Shown: in pieces, positions 49,767 to 61,094 of the stretch | Layout: every line of letters starts with the position of its first letter | Numbering within the stretch: position 1 is the stretch's first letter | Assembly (NCBI GenBank): GCA_008632985.1 | Contig: QPGO01000082.1 | Coordinates: 186,001 to 250,000, forward strand | DNA length: 64,000 nucleotides | Direction: 5' to 3' | From: Psammoneis japonica | Taxonomy: Eukaryota | Position numbers and translations under genes: made by a program | The notes under the pieces: model-generated | Told to the model about the DNA's origin: nothing | Seen by the model: the letters and a program-made list of their open reading frames with translations, nothing else | Database searches by the model: none

Positions 49767-50039
49767 TTTGCCGTCTATCGATGAGAGAGATTTCCGAGTT
49801 GCGGATGGCCCTGCACGTACGACGACAACAACGCCGTGGGGTTAGATGATCATCCATCATCCCGTACTTTCCACCATGACGATAGTACGTCACGTTGCCG
49901 CTGACGACGCGGCGACGCGCGCGTTCAAACTTGAATTTTGAGGATATGCTTGAGTCGTGGTTTATTTGGTGGCGGGACTTTCGTTGTCGTACTACGTTTT
50001 CAACGTACCGCCCGGTAGGGCCCTACGGTACCCCGGTAT

Positions 50040-51165
50040 CACCCCTGTGGTAGGGGAGAATATGGTGATGTCATGGTTACGTGGCAGTTTATATCTTATT
50101 CATTATATTTTTATATAAATGTCCTTACATTTAAATGGTTACGTGGCAGTTTATATCTTATTCATTATATTTTTATATAAATGTCCTCACATTTATTTAT
50201 GCATTTGTACACAAATGCTAATAGTAGCAGGAAAAATCCTGAACCATATTCTCCCCTAAAACTCTAACCACCAAAAACCGGGTCGGAAGCGCACTTTTGG
50301 GAGCTCTTTTTCTCCGCACAAAAAACACGCGTTTCGTCGACTCGACCATGACGGGCCGAAACGCAGGTGCGGCGTTGGAATTCGTGACAGTATCTGTGGG
50401 AGGCGGTGGGGCGAGAATGAAAGAAGTGTGAGTTGTTGGCATTTCATTGTGGACGTCATTGGCAAAATACAATGACAGCATCAACAGCACCTGCGGCAGC
50501 AAGGGTGGGAGTAACAGCATCGGGCATGCTAGGGGGCCGAAACGCAGGTACGGCGTTGGAATTCGTGACAGCATCTGTGGGAGGCGGTGGGGCGAGAATG
50601 AAAGAAGTGTGAGTTGTTGGCATTTCATTGTGGACGCCGTTGGCAAAATGCAACAACAGCATCAACAGTGCCTGCGGCAGCAAAGGCAGGAGCAACAGTG
50701 TCGGGCATGCTAGGGGCCCGAAACGCAGGTGCGGCGTTGGAATTCGTGACAGCATCTGTGGGAGGCGGTGGAGCGTGCAAACAACAGTGTGAGTTTGCAG
50801 CATCTTATTTTGCACGTGTCACACCCACGAGAACCGGAATGATGACATTGCCTGTTGTGTCAGTGTCATTGGCAATGGTGTCAGTAGGATCGGCGTCCTG
50901 GGAAGGCGATGGGGAAGAACCACGAGGCATCATCATGGTCGAGTCGACGAAACGCGTGTTTTTTGTGCGGAGAAAAAGAGCTCCCGAAAGTGCGCTTCCG
51001 ACCCCTCGGTTTTTGGTGGTTAGAGTTTTAGGGGAGCTGTGGAATAGGAATTTTTACTTATGGAATATACACATTCGTGTGGATATTAACATTAAAACTC
51101 AACGCACGGCGAAGCCGTGCGCGCACAACCACGCACACACACACAGCTCCCCTACCACAGGGGTG
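50040..51165. mobile_element. Non-autonomous TIR DNA transposon (Mutator/Foldback-like), 1126 bp, 19-bp TIRs, 9-bp TSD
   Basis: TIR CACCCCTGTGGTAGGGGAG (50040-50058) is the exact reverse complement of 51147-51165. CCCCGGTAT is duplicated at 50031-50039 and 51166-51174. Internal 100-bp inverted repeats and 62-bp and 181-bp tandem repeats. Confidence 0.9.
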
Positions 51166-51800
51166 CCCCGGTATAGGAATGCTTCCATTCGTGAGACTCT
51201 ATGATACAGATAGATGGTATTACAGTATGTTGCTATGGTTACAAACCCTGGTGGGCCACGGTCAAACTCTAAAACAGCCCTCCGCCCGAAGTCAACGCTG
51301 GATTACAAACCTAGAAACTATTGTAAGTTGCACTCCATGTCAATTTCGCCTAAATGGATTTTGAATTGCCAATAAGTCTACGCAGTGTTTCTCATTTTGA
51401 AACTCGAGGCTGCGCGTAGGAAGCGCTACGCCATCTTGTGTAGGGCTTAGGGCACTAGAGTTTACTAGATCAAGCTGCCTCGGATACAATCGAGCAAAGT
51501 TTAAAATTCTCTTCCCAATAGTTCTCGCATAAGGTACGAACCGTGTTTAGAGCAGATGACGGCCCTAACTGACATGTAATTGACAGCAGCAGCGACAGCC
51601 TGCGCAAAGGCGTTCGGTTGGATTCAGTGGCGGCTGTCAAGTTGAAAACGTCAAGTTTCTTCGTCATACCTGCCGAATGCTCAATTTTTAAAAGCGAGAA
51701 TGCTTACTCTTTTCCTCGTCATATGACAAATCAAGCCGGCAGCGGTGGTAAATCTCATCTTTCCCACTGACGCGCACACACTATTTCCAAGCCTCATGCC

Positions 51801-52577
51801 TCATGGAACATCTTCACTAACCATTGCTTGCTTAACATCGTCTTCTGTAATCATGCGAGATCGACAGTATGGGCATTCTGTATTTCTTTCAAGCCATTGC
51901 AAAAGACAATCCTGATGAAACACATGACTGCACGATTTGGACTTGGCCGCAACATTTCCAATAACTGACAAGCAATCGTTGAGGGTAAGAGCGGTTTTAA
52001 AAAGCATTTTGATATAACGTGATGATTTATGGAGCTTCTTACCGATGTTCTGCAGGCAGATAGAACAGGTATTATCTCTGTTCGAACCAGTGTTCTCCGT
52101 CTGCTTAGTAGAACCGGACGGATCGCTCAAACGCTCTCCATTCCAAAGACCAACATCCTCGGATGTGACAGTCTATGAATCAATTTAATTTGAAGAGAAA
52201 CAAGTTAGAAACACTTGTTACGGCTTGACGAAGTTCAGAAGTGATGAAACGCTCACCTTCCTGTCAAGGATGAATGCCAAAACCGCACTTCGTTCTTCTA
52301 GAGACAAGCCAGACAGCAAACCATTCAAAGTCGATTCTGCCTGTTCTTCTTGTTGTCCTTCGTTGGTCCCCGCTGGGTCTCGAGCTTCGTGGTTATTTCG
52401 CCGCCATGGTACGACTCTTCCGTGGCCGAGCAAAAATACATCCAGACAATAAATAAACAGAAATCGAAGCGCCGTGAGTACGACCAAGAGGCCCAGCAAA
52501 CCAGCTACAATGATAAAACCTTCACGAATTGAAAGGTTTGGTTCATTGGCTGGGATCCGATCAGATGCGCTTGACAT
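51801..52577 (-). CDS. Transmembrane RING-H2 E3 ligase-like protein, 3 exons
   Basis: N-terminal TM helix; CSICLQ ... CSHVFHQDCLLQWL..NTECPYCR split by short introns. Confidence 0.8.
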
Positions 52578-53276
52578 GATTGCCTATTGGAGTTGATTGT
52601 GTCGAAAGAACTCGTAAAGAAGTCAGCACGAGTATGTTTGCACTTGCACAGCGATATACCTCCTCACTCGCATCCTCCTCTTGAGATAGCACGCTTCTTC
52701 TCCCTCTATCTGTCGGTTCTTCCTTCCGATAGCTGCTTTCGAAACCCTTCTAGGAAGTCGAATGAAAAGTGCTGTACGGCAGTTGTTGACTCTTGACTCT
52801 TTGTTGTGTTGTGACTTCTCTTCCTCTCTTTTCTTGCGAGCTTTTGTTGCGCCGCAGAATCTCCACGTCAACTTGTAGTCGAATGGATCAAAAAGATTCT
52901 CCTTTTGCGCGACTGTCGCGCGCGTTAGTGGAAAGCGAACGATGTCAATCGAAAGAATGTCGAACCGTTCGACTGAAAATCCTCTGTCAACGACAGCGTG
53001 TAACAAAAGCGTGTTTTTGTTGCATTGCGTCGCTAAAACAGATTGTATTCACTTACAATGGCGTCTGCTGCTGTTCTTAGCCCCCCAGTGAACGGTATCG
53101 TAAGTAGACTTTGATGCGTAGTGAAGAAAAAGGCCGGCGTTTGTTTACCGAGCAACGAAAGTGCTGCCGATCATTGTTGTCTTAGTTTCGTATATTTGTA
53201 ATGTTGAATACGAAAATGTTTCTAATTTCTTATTTGTCTATGTGTTTCTTGTGGGGGGATGCAGGTCGAATCGACC

Positions 53277-54561
53277 ATGGCGGACGTCGACGACAAGGAG
53301 GTGGAGGAAGAGAACGTGGACTTATACCACGAGATGAAGAGCATGGAGCGTCAGCTAGAGTTTGTCGAGCTGCAGGAGGAATATCTAAAAGACGAAATGA
53401 GGCACTTGGAACGCGAGCTTCTGAGAGCCAAGGAGGAGATTCGCCGAATCCAATCGGTGCCTCTGGTAATTGGGCAATTCAATGAAATGATTGATGCGAA
53501 TTATGGGATTGTTTCGAGCACAGCGGGATCAAATTACTTGGTACGGATCCTGAGTACGCTTGATCGCGAGCTCCTCAAACCCAACACGAGCATCGCTCTT
53601 CACAGGCATTCTCATTCGGTAGTTGATGTGCTTCCTCCCGAGAGTGATTCGACTGTCCAGCTCATGAGCGAGAAACCAAACGTTTCGTACAAGGATATTG
53701 GCGGTATGGACGTGCAGAAGCAAGAAGTGAGAGAGGCGATTGAATTGCCGCTTATTCAGCACCACTTGTACCAACAGATTGGTATTGATCCACCTCGCGG
53801 TGTGTTGCTTTACGGACCTCCTGGTACGGGTAAGACCATGATGGCCAAGGCTGTTGCCAACGCCACCTCGGCTACCTTTATCAGTATGGTGGGATCCGAG
53901 TTTGTTCAGAAGTACCTTGGCGAAGGACCACGGATGGTCCGTGATGTCTTTAGGTTGGCACGCGAGAACTCGCCTTGTATTGTTTTCATTGACGAGATTG
54001 ATGCAATTGCAACGAAGCGCTTTGACGCTCAGACGGGAGCTGATCGGGAAGTTCAGCGTATCTTGCTGGAACTGCTTAATCAGATGGATGGTTTCGATCA
54101 ACAAACCAATGTCAAGGTGATTATGGCGACCAATCGCGCCGACACCCTCGATCCAGCTCTTTTGCGACCTGGACGTCTCGATCGTAAGATTGAGTTTCCC
54201 ATGCCGGATCGGAGGCAGAAACGCATGGTGTTTCAGGCAGCCACTTCGAAGATGAATCTCAGCGATGAGTTGGATCTAGAAGATTACGTCAACAGAAGTG
54301 AAAAGATTTCTTCGGCTGATGTTAGCTCCATCTGTGCGGAGGCTGGATTGCAAGCGGTGAGAGAGAACCGATATGTGGTGTTGCCAAAGGACTTTGACAA
54401 TGCTTACAAGAAGGCAGTCAGCAACCGAGATAAGGAGCACATGTTTTACAGTATTGTAAGTGAACAACTCCACGCTTTGTTCTGTGAGTCTTGTTTTGTT
54501 GTTGAGAACCAGAACTAACGTTACATGTCCTTCTCCGCCTCTCCTTCCTCTCGCGAAGTAA
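53277..54561 (+). CDS. RPT3: 26S proteasome AAA-ATPase subunit RPT3 (PSMC4); probable terminal intron 54456-54558
   Basis: [62 protein letters not shown]. Confidence 0.97.
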
Positions 54562-55047
54562 TCGGAAGGCACTCACGGTTGCCAAACGTTTCGCGGGTGT
54601 TGTCTGCTACGATAGACAGCCAAAAAAGATTGTCTTCTGAGAGTTATTGAACTATGTAGCGTCTCATGTAATTCCTTTAGTTGTCATCACAAAGGTCGTT
54701 TCCTTTGCCCTTACAACTTAGCATCTTCAACTTACATCTCAACCTTTGCCTTTGTTTCGGCGGTAGCTAGCTAGAGGCTACAATTCGATCAAAGAGCAAG
54801 CTAATAAGTTGTGCCAGCACTTGACATCTGGTTATGAGTATCGCAAGAAGATGCTGAGCGATGATGAATGATGAGCGAGCGAGATGATGCTGATCCCTCG
54901 CCTGATTGATTCCAGATGCACCTTTTACTCCTGGCCACCTTGCACCGCTCGTCGATCCTCCCCCCAAAAATAGAAGAGAGAAGCACTTTGCGTCTGGAAA
55001 GAAAATCACTCAAGGTCAAACAATCATCCCAAGCGCGGCTGAATACC

Positions 55048-57186
55048 ATGTCGGTTAGGCCTTTCCCAGTGTTGATAGTCGCCGCCGTATTTCTTGTTGT
55101 TTCGCATCATGCCTGTTATGCAGAGTCTGTTTCAAATAATAATATACTCGTGGTGGGCTCGGTGAATGCAGATACCTTTTTACCAGTATCACGACTTCCC
55201 GTAGAGGGGGAAAACATTTCGTTGCGGCCAGGATGCGATCCTATTGTCGATATACCCGGAGGCAAGGGCTGCACTCAGGCAGTGGCGGCATCAAAGCTTT
55301 CCAACTCAAAAGTATCATTTGTTGGGATGTTTGGGGACGATTCAGCCGCTACCATACTACGAAAAGCTCTCTCGGATGCTCATGTCGACCTTAGATATTC
55401 TGCCGATTGCAGAGGCTTACCAAGTGGGCGTGGGTATGTTTTCATCACAGATTCTGGTTCCGTAAGTGCGGTTGTTTCTGGTGGAAGCAATACAGCAGGG
55501 TGGAAAGCTTGGGAAAGAGCGTGGATGGACCGGGATTTAAAGCGGAAAGAAAACTTGAAGGATCGAGATAATCTCTCCAATCTTCTCGATGAGATGTTGA
55601 GCAGAACAAAGTGTGTGATGCTGCAGCGAGAAATTCCCGAGTATGTCAACTTGCTGATTGCCACTGAAGCAAGAAAGCGTGGAATACTGGTGCTACAGGA
55701 CATTGGGGGAGAAGATCGTCCTATGGATCGTGAAATGATGGAATGTTGTGATTTTTTGATTCCGAACGAGACAGAGTTGCATCGATTGGTTCGTTTTCTT
55801 GATGAAGACTGTCCTAGGGATGGAGACGCCGACGCTGTTGTAAGATATGCCAAGGTGTTACAGAAACATGGTGCGCGGAACGTTCTTGTCACAAGAGGAA
55901 GTCGTGGGTCGACTCTGATTACAGAATCAGGACTCATAATAAATCAAGAGCCGTGCACCCTGTCGGATGGTGAAGTGGTTGATGAGACCGGTGCAGGGGA
56001 CTGTTATCGAGCGGCCTTTGCTGTGGCTCTTGTACAGGGGCTTTCGCTTTCCAAATCCATGGCATTTGCAAGTGCAGCGGGCGCATGCTCGGTTACGAAA
56101 CAGGGAGCAGTTCCCAGCACTCCGACAAGAGAAGACGTGTCTCGCATTCAGCACCTTACAAAGGATGATGTATTGTCGATTCCTCGTGGTGGAAGCAAGG
56201 CAGGGGACTACGACGACGACTCCTTTCCTCTCATGTTTGGATCTAGACTGAATAGCATGAAGGATCGACCAGAGCTGTGGCCAGAAAAGCTCACCAGTGT
56301 GAGGGACTGGGTGAAACGGCAGGGGACCATTCGTGGCCTAAATTGCGTAGACTTTAACTACCCACAACATTTTCATGATTGGTCAAATAAAGAAGCAAGG
56401 GAAGCGCTGGAAGAAGCTGGTCTAGTTGCAGGAGCTGTCTGTCTGAGATATCCTTCCAAGTTTGCACGTGGCGCGATGAACCATCCAAGTCCAGATAAAA
56501 GACGAGAAGCAATAGAGCTTACAAAAGAAGCCGCTCAAGCTGCAATCGATCTAGGATGTAAGGAGGTTGTGGTTTGGAGCGCTTTTGATGGGTATGACTA
56601 CCCCTTTCAGGTGGACTACGATGAAAAGTGGAAGGAGTTGGTCCGCGCCTTTCAAGAATGCTGCGACGCATTCCCTGATATCAAGTTTTCGTTAGAATTT
56701 AAACCTACGGATGAGAACACAAGATTTTTCACAGTACCAAGTTCTGGAGCGGCGCTTCTTTTTGTGAATGAGGTTGATCGTCCAAACATGGGTTTGACTC
56801 TTGACGTAGGACACATGCTTATGGCTGGAGAGAACCCTGGACAGTCGATTGCAATGGTTGGCAAGAAATTATTCGGAATACAGCTGAATGATGGGTATAC
56901 AAGATTGGCAGCTGAGGATGGCATGATGTTTGGATCCATTCACCCTTCGATTGCGCTTGAGATTGTATTCCAGCTTCAACGGATTGGATATGCTGGTCAT
57001 CTATACTTTGATACATTCCCGCAGAGGACAGATCCAGTCAAAGAGGGGGAATATAATATCAAACGTGTTAAGAAGTTCTGGTTGGCTGCACAGAAAATGG
57101 ATAGGGCGAAGCTTCGACGAGCGATGAAGAATCATGATGCAATTGAAGCTCTCGAACTTGTCAATGAGGCTTTGCGGCTGACGTAG
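55048..57186 (+). CDS. Fusion of ribokinase/PfkB kinase and xylose-isomerase-like TIM-barrel domain, with signal peptide
   Basis: VVGSVNAD, PGGKG..QAVAA, PNETEL, DETGAGDC (PfkB); then W...DGYDYPFQ, LEFKP, LDVGH, QLNDG, FDTFP (xylose-isomerase-type metal ligands). Confidence 0.9.
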   Translation: MSVRPFPVLIVAAVFLVVSHHACYAESVSNNNILVVGSVNADTFLPVSRLPVEGENISLRPGCDPIVDIPGGKGCTQAVAASKLSNSKVSFVGMFGDDSAATILRKALSDAHVDLRYSADCRGLPSGRGYVFITDSGSVSAVVSGGSNTAGWKAWERAWMDRDLKRKENLKDRDNLSNLLDEMLSRTKCVMLQREIPEYVNLLIATEARKRGILVLQDIGGEDRPMDREMMECCDFLIPNETELHRLVRFLDEDCPRDGDADAVVRYAKVLQKHGARNVLVTRGSRGSTLITESGLIINQEPCTLSDGEVVDETGAGDCYRAAFAVALVQGLSLSKSMAFASAAGACSVTKQGAVPSTPTREDVSRIQHLTKDDVLSIPRGGSKAGDYDDDSFPLMFGSRLNSMKDRPELWPEKLTSVRDWVKRQGTIRGLNCVDFNYPQHFHDWSNKEAREALEEAGLVAGAVCLRYPSKFARGAMNHPSPDKRREAIELTKEAAQAAIDLGCKEVVVWSAFDGYDYPFQVDYDEKWKELVRAFQECCDAFPDIKFSLEFKPTDENTRFFTVPSSGAALLFVNEVDRPNMGLTLDVGHMLMAGENPGQSIAMVGKKLFGIQLNDGYTRLAAEDGMMFGSIHPSIALEIVFQLQRIGYAGHLYFDTFPQRTDPVKEGEYNIKRVKKFWLAAQKMDRAKLRRAMKNHDAIEALELVNEALRLT

Positions 57187-57562
57187 CCTCTCATTGAGTG
57201 CTGAGTACATACCTGAGTGCTTCTTCCTGCTACGACTGACTGTTCTACCAGAGAACTCAAGCTAGCTAGAGAGAACTAATGATTAGTAGAAGTATCAAGA
57301 AAACATATTTTCCATCCCCAATTTCGATATGCCGGTAAAGCGTGACTGACCGACTGCCTGCGACGGGTGACTGACTCAGTCACGCGCGCTGACTGAGAAG
57401 AATCATCACAGCGACGATTACGACATCCTTCAACTTTTTCCTTCCTCTCTCCTTCTTCACCTTGTCTCTTTCTGTCTGTTATCTCCTCTGCTTTGTTGCA
57501 CAAACACGCAAGCAACGTGCATATTAAAAAACGATCACAAAATGATCCGAGGCTCCAATGCA

Positions 57563-58408
57563 ATGAAGCTGTGTTTATTATCCCTGCTGATGGCGTCCAG
57601 TGTTGCTTTTCACATTTCCAACCCTCGATTCTCCCCGAACTGCGCACCGTCCAAGGTGCGAATGGATCAAGTTGCGCATGTTGTTACTGTACCGTTTCTG
57701 TAACATACATCATTTTACCGGTGGAAGTCTAACGCGTTACTTTTCTCCCTCGAATTATAGACAGCTTTGAGAATGGGGCTTTTCGACGGGTTGTTTGGTG
57801 GCGGGCAATCGCCTTTCGGCGGCGGTCCAGTCTTTTCGGAACCTTGCAAAATGGGTGACGAGAGCATCATGTCGAAGAAAGCTCATGGTAAGGACAGGCA
57901 GTACGATAGCTTTCATTTTTGGAACATGGACTGTTGTATTGAAAGTCAATTTTTCACCGATTGAATTGTAACAGGCACGTCAGAGACGCCGGTACAGGAG
58001 AACTTACGTTGGGATTGTGACCGGAAGGTGGCCGACAACATATGCAACTTCAATCGCCACTACGCCGAGTATCGTGGATACTGGGAGACCACTCCATTTA
58101 TCGAGGAAGCAAGGAAGGAATACGAGGCCAACGGAGAGGTGAAGTTCTACGATTCCAACACCGGGAAGCTTTTGTTTGTTGCACCAAAAGGGCGGTCCTT
58201 TGATGACTTTGTTAGGGAAAGCAAGTCCCATGGGTGGCCGAGCTTCCGAGATGAAGAAGTTGTGTGGGATGATGTAAGATGCCTCCCTAATGGTGAAAGT
58301 GTGAGCTTGGATGGAACACACTTGGGGCACAATCTTCCTGACAGGGCTGGCAACAGGTACTGCATCAACTTAGTTAGTGTTGCCGGAAATCCTAACGAGA
58401 CCGAGTAA
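57563..58408 (+). CDS. Plastid-targeted MsrB-like (methionine-R-sulfoxide reductase domain) protein, 3 exons
   Basis: MKLCLLSLLMASSVAF...|TALRMGLF; HGWPSF, GTHLGH, RYCINLVSV. Confidence 0.8.
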
Positions 58409-58463
58409 AGAAAAGAGAATAAAGAAGCACCCGATTTTGCCACCGATATTAAGTTAAAAGCGT

Positions 58464-59084
58464 TTATGACTGTGCTGTATCATGTGGTATCTCACTACTG
58501 AATTTGTCCAGCTCTAGAAAAGCAACGACTGATGGGTGGTTTGCGTATCCAGGGCGTTGTAGGATGTCTTTCATGAAATCAAAAAGCTGGTCCATCCGAT
58601 TTTTTGTGAACTCTTCATTTTGAGGCTGAAACAGACACGTTCCAGGAGGCATCTTGATTGCCTCAGTATCAGTTGGCTGGTCTTCCACCGGTGGATTTGA
58701 TTTAAGCTGATCATACAGCCATTTGAAATTCGAGTATCTCCGATACATGGTTCGGTGTTCATGCTGACGGAGTACTTGCAACTCAAAATAAACCGCAGGG
58801 TGATTCGTCCTTCCACCAATCAGCGTCTCATTCGACATTGGAGAGCTGGACATACTTCTTCGGGAAACGATTTTGACAGTGAAGAAAGCACTCTCATATC
58901 GAGGTGACCAGTGCTCGGGTGCCAAATACATGAGCTTGTGCATGATTCCTCTGGTAATTAAACTACAGTATCCTCTTTGTACACGGCAGCTGCGTCCTGC
59001 ACTTGCGTGCCCCTTGCATGTGTTCATGGATGAAGAGTCCCGAGTCCCGAGAACAGAATCAAAAATGAGGCAGGCACGACTCAT
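58464..59084 (-). CDS. PX (phox homology) domain protein; start codon uncertain
   Basis: VYFELQV...RRYSNFKWLYDQL...MPP...R..QL..F...L.......V..FLEL. Confidence 0.75.
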   Translation of the reverse strand: MSRACLIFDSVLGTRDSSSMNTCKGHASAGRSCRVQRGYCSLITRGIMHKLMYLAPEHWSPRYESAFFTVKIVSRRSMSSSPMSNETLIGGRTNHPAVYFELQVLRQHEHRTMYRRYSNFKWLYDQLKSNPPVEDQPTDTEAIKMPPGTCLFQPQNEEFTKNRMDQLFDFMKDILQRPGYANHPSVVAFLELDKFSSEIPHDTAQS

Positions 59085-59394
59085 ATAATATATATATCCA
59101 TATTGGCATACTCAATATTGAGAATGAAAGAGAAGACCGTTAGACCAACGGTCCGGCAAAACTTTCAAATTCAAACCGCCGTCCATCCCGCCCGCTCGGT
59201 TTTGGTGCGAGAGCCGAGAGCGAGAGCAAAAACTCATTCGTCGTTGTCTTCTTTAAAATAGAGTCATGACAGTTACAACAATGGGACCAATGAAAGAAGG
59301 CGGTGGAGAAGTTACAGAACATGTCATGACGCGTAAGTCTTTATTGTATGACTGAATTTGTTCTTTGCCACGGACCAAAAGCTCATTTTGCGCA

Positions 59395-61046
59395 TGAGAT
59401 CTACCATAGTCATGGCCGACGCCGAAAGCCACCATGAGCTACTACACTCTTTGACAGTCGCTCTGACATACTTTGATCACCATGATGAGAAAGCCCATGA
59501 CGTGGAGCTGACTGATGGCGTTGCTACAATTCTAGCAAGAAAAATATGCAGCGTTCTTGATTCAAGAGAATACACCAGCTCTCTTGTCCGATCAGAGGCT
59601 CTTCAAGTGAACATCCTCCTGAGTGCGCTAGAAATCATTATTCTTCGATGCTCTGGAAGCGCTTTGGGAGCCCATTTCCAAGAACTCGATGTTTTGCCAG
59701 CGATGAAGAATATCGTCGAAATCATATCCAAAGACAAAGCGGCTTTGCAAGACGAAATGACTCGAGACATGGTATTGAACAAGGTGGCAGCGATTCTGAG
59801 AAGGGTTTCAAGTTATTGTACAGCTAACATTGACACCGTTCTTGAACTCTCGCTAAGCATCGTGAAGAGCAATGTCGCTTCTGACGTAAAGATTGAGGCG
59901 GCATTGACTGTAACGTGTCTCATTGACAAAAGAGCTTATGGGAGCGACTTCAACATGTACGACAAGATTGAAGCGGCGGCAGGGTTTCTTGTTGCCACTC
60001 TTACTACCGCAGCTTCTTCCGGCATAGAGATAGTCTCTAGAGAAGCCTTGACGGGTCTGCGTGTTTTGGCATCCTCCTCTCGAATAGCTCGGGTGCTTAT
60101 CGCGAAACGAAGAGACACAATCACGGCCGTGGTGAAGTTCCTCCGTCACTCCACGTTGGGCAGTGAAAGAATCGAAGCCTTGGCAATGATAAACCTGTTG
60201 TTGAAGTGTTCAGATAGCATTGCCTGTCTACAGGCGGCTCCGAGCTTCTCAGGTGGGATACTTATGAAAGGACTGGCAGTGACAGCAACGTCGGAGAATA
60301 CTCTTCTTCAACATGGAGTCATCTACACCCTCCTCGGATCGGTGTCTGACCGGAGGTGCAAGTTCGCGACGCAAAACGAGTCAGTAATCGATGCGCTCGA
60401 GAAGGTTGTCTCTAATGACAAGGAGGACTCATGCAAAATTCTAGGAGCGAAGGCGCTCTCAAAGCTGGCGCTCTCCAGTGACACACCTGGAATCTTCCGT
60501 CCTCGGATTCTTTCACAGTTGGTTATGCTCATGGCTTCTCCCAGCGACAAAATACGAGGTGAAGCGTTGACGGCTTTGAACCAAGCGTCACTAAATCACC
60601 CAGATTCCTTGCGTCTCGATCGGCAGCCAGAATTGCTAGACAAGATTGAGAGCATAGTTGCAACAGGGAAATCCAATGACGAATTGGCACGCTCTCTGGA
60701 GATCCTTCGGCAGCTATCTCGTGAGGCCTACAACCGGGCAATCATTTCGGGAAATGATAGCTTGACTGCCGAACTATTTTCGTTGCTGACGCGACGAAAG
60801 AGTGTGAATCGATTGCCATACCTGTGCGCAGTGGAAACAGTTTTATCGTTGGTCACCGAGGAATCCTGCTTAAAATACTCTCAGCTACTTCCTTGGCTCG
60901 TGTCGTTCGCGAACTCCACAACATCCGATGGTTCTTTAAAAAGAGACGCGGTTGAGGCCATCTTCCGCATTTCGAAAGCACTTCTTGCGTTGGACTCCGA
61001 CAATGCGAAGTACAAAGACGAGGAGACAGAGAGCCTGTGTGTGTAG
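59395..61046 (+). CDS. Hypothetical alpha-solenoid (ARM/HEAT-like) protein
   Basis: 550-aa open frame of Leu/Ala-rich amphipathic helices. Confidence 0.65.
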
Positions 61047-61094
61047 CTCATACCCATCTAGACAATTGTAACTAAACTGTAAAAAATCGCAATT

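Noticed and set aside
50355..50772. CRISPR-like array
   Set aside because: Units are 181-bp full tandem copies with no unique spacers and no cas genes nearby.
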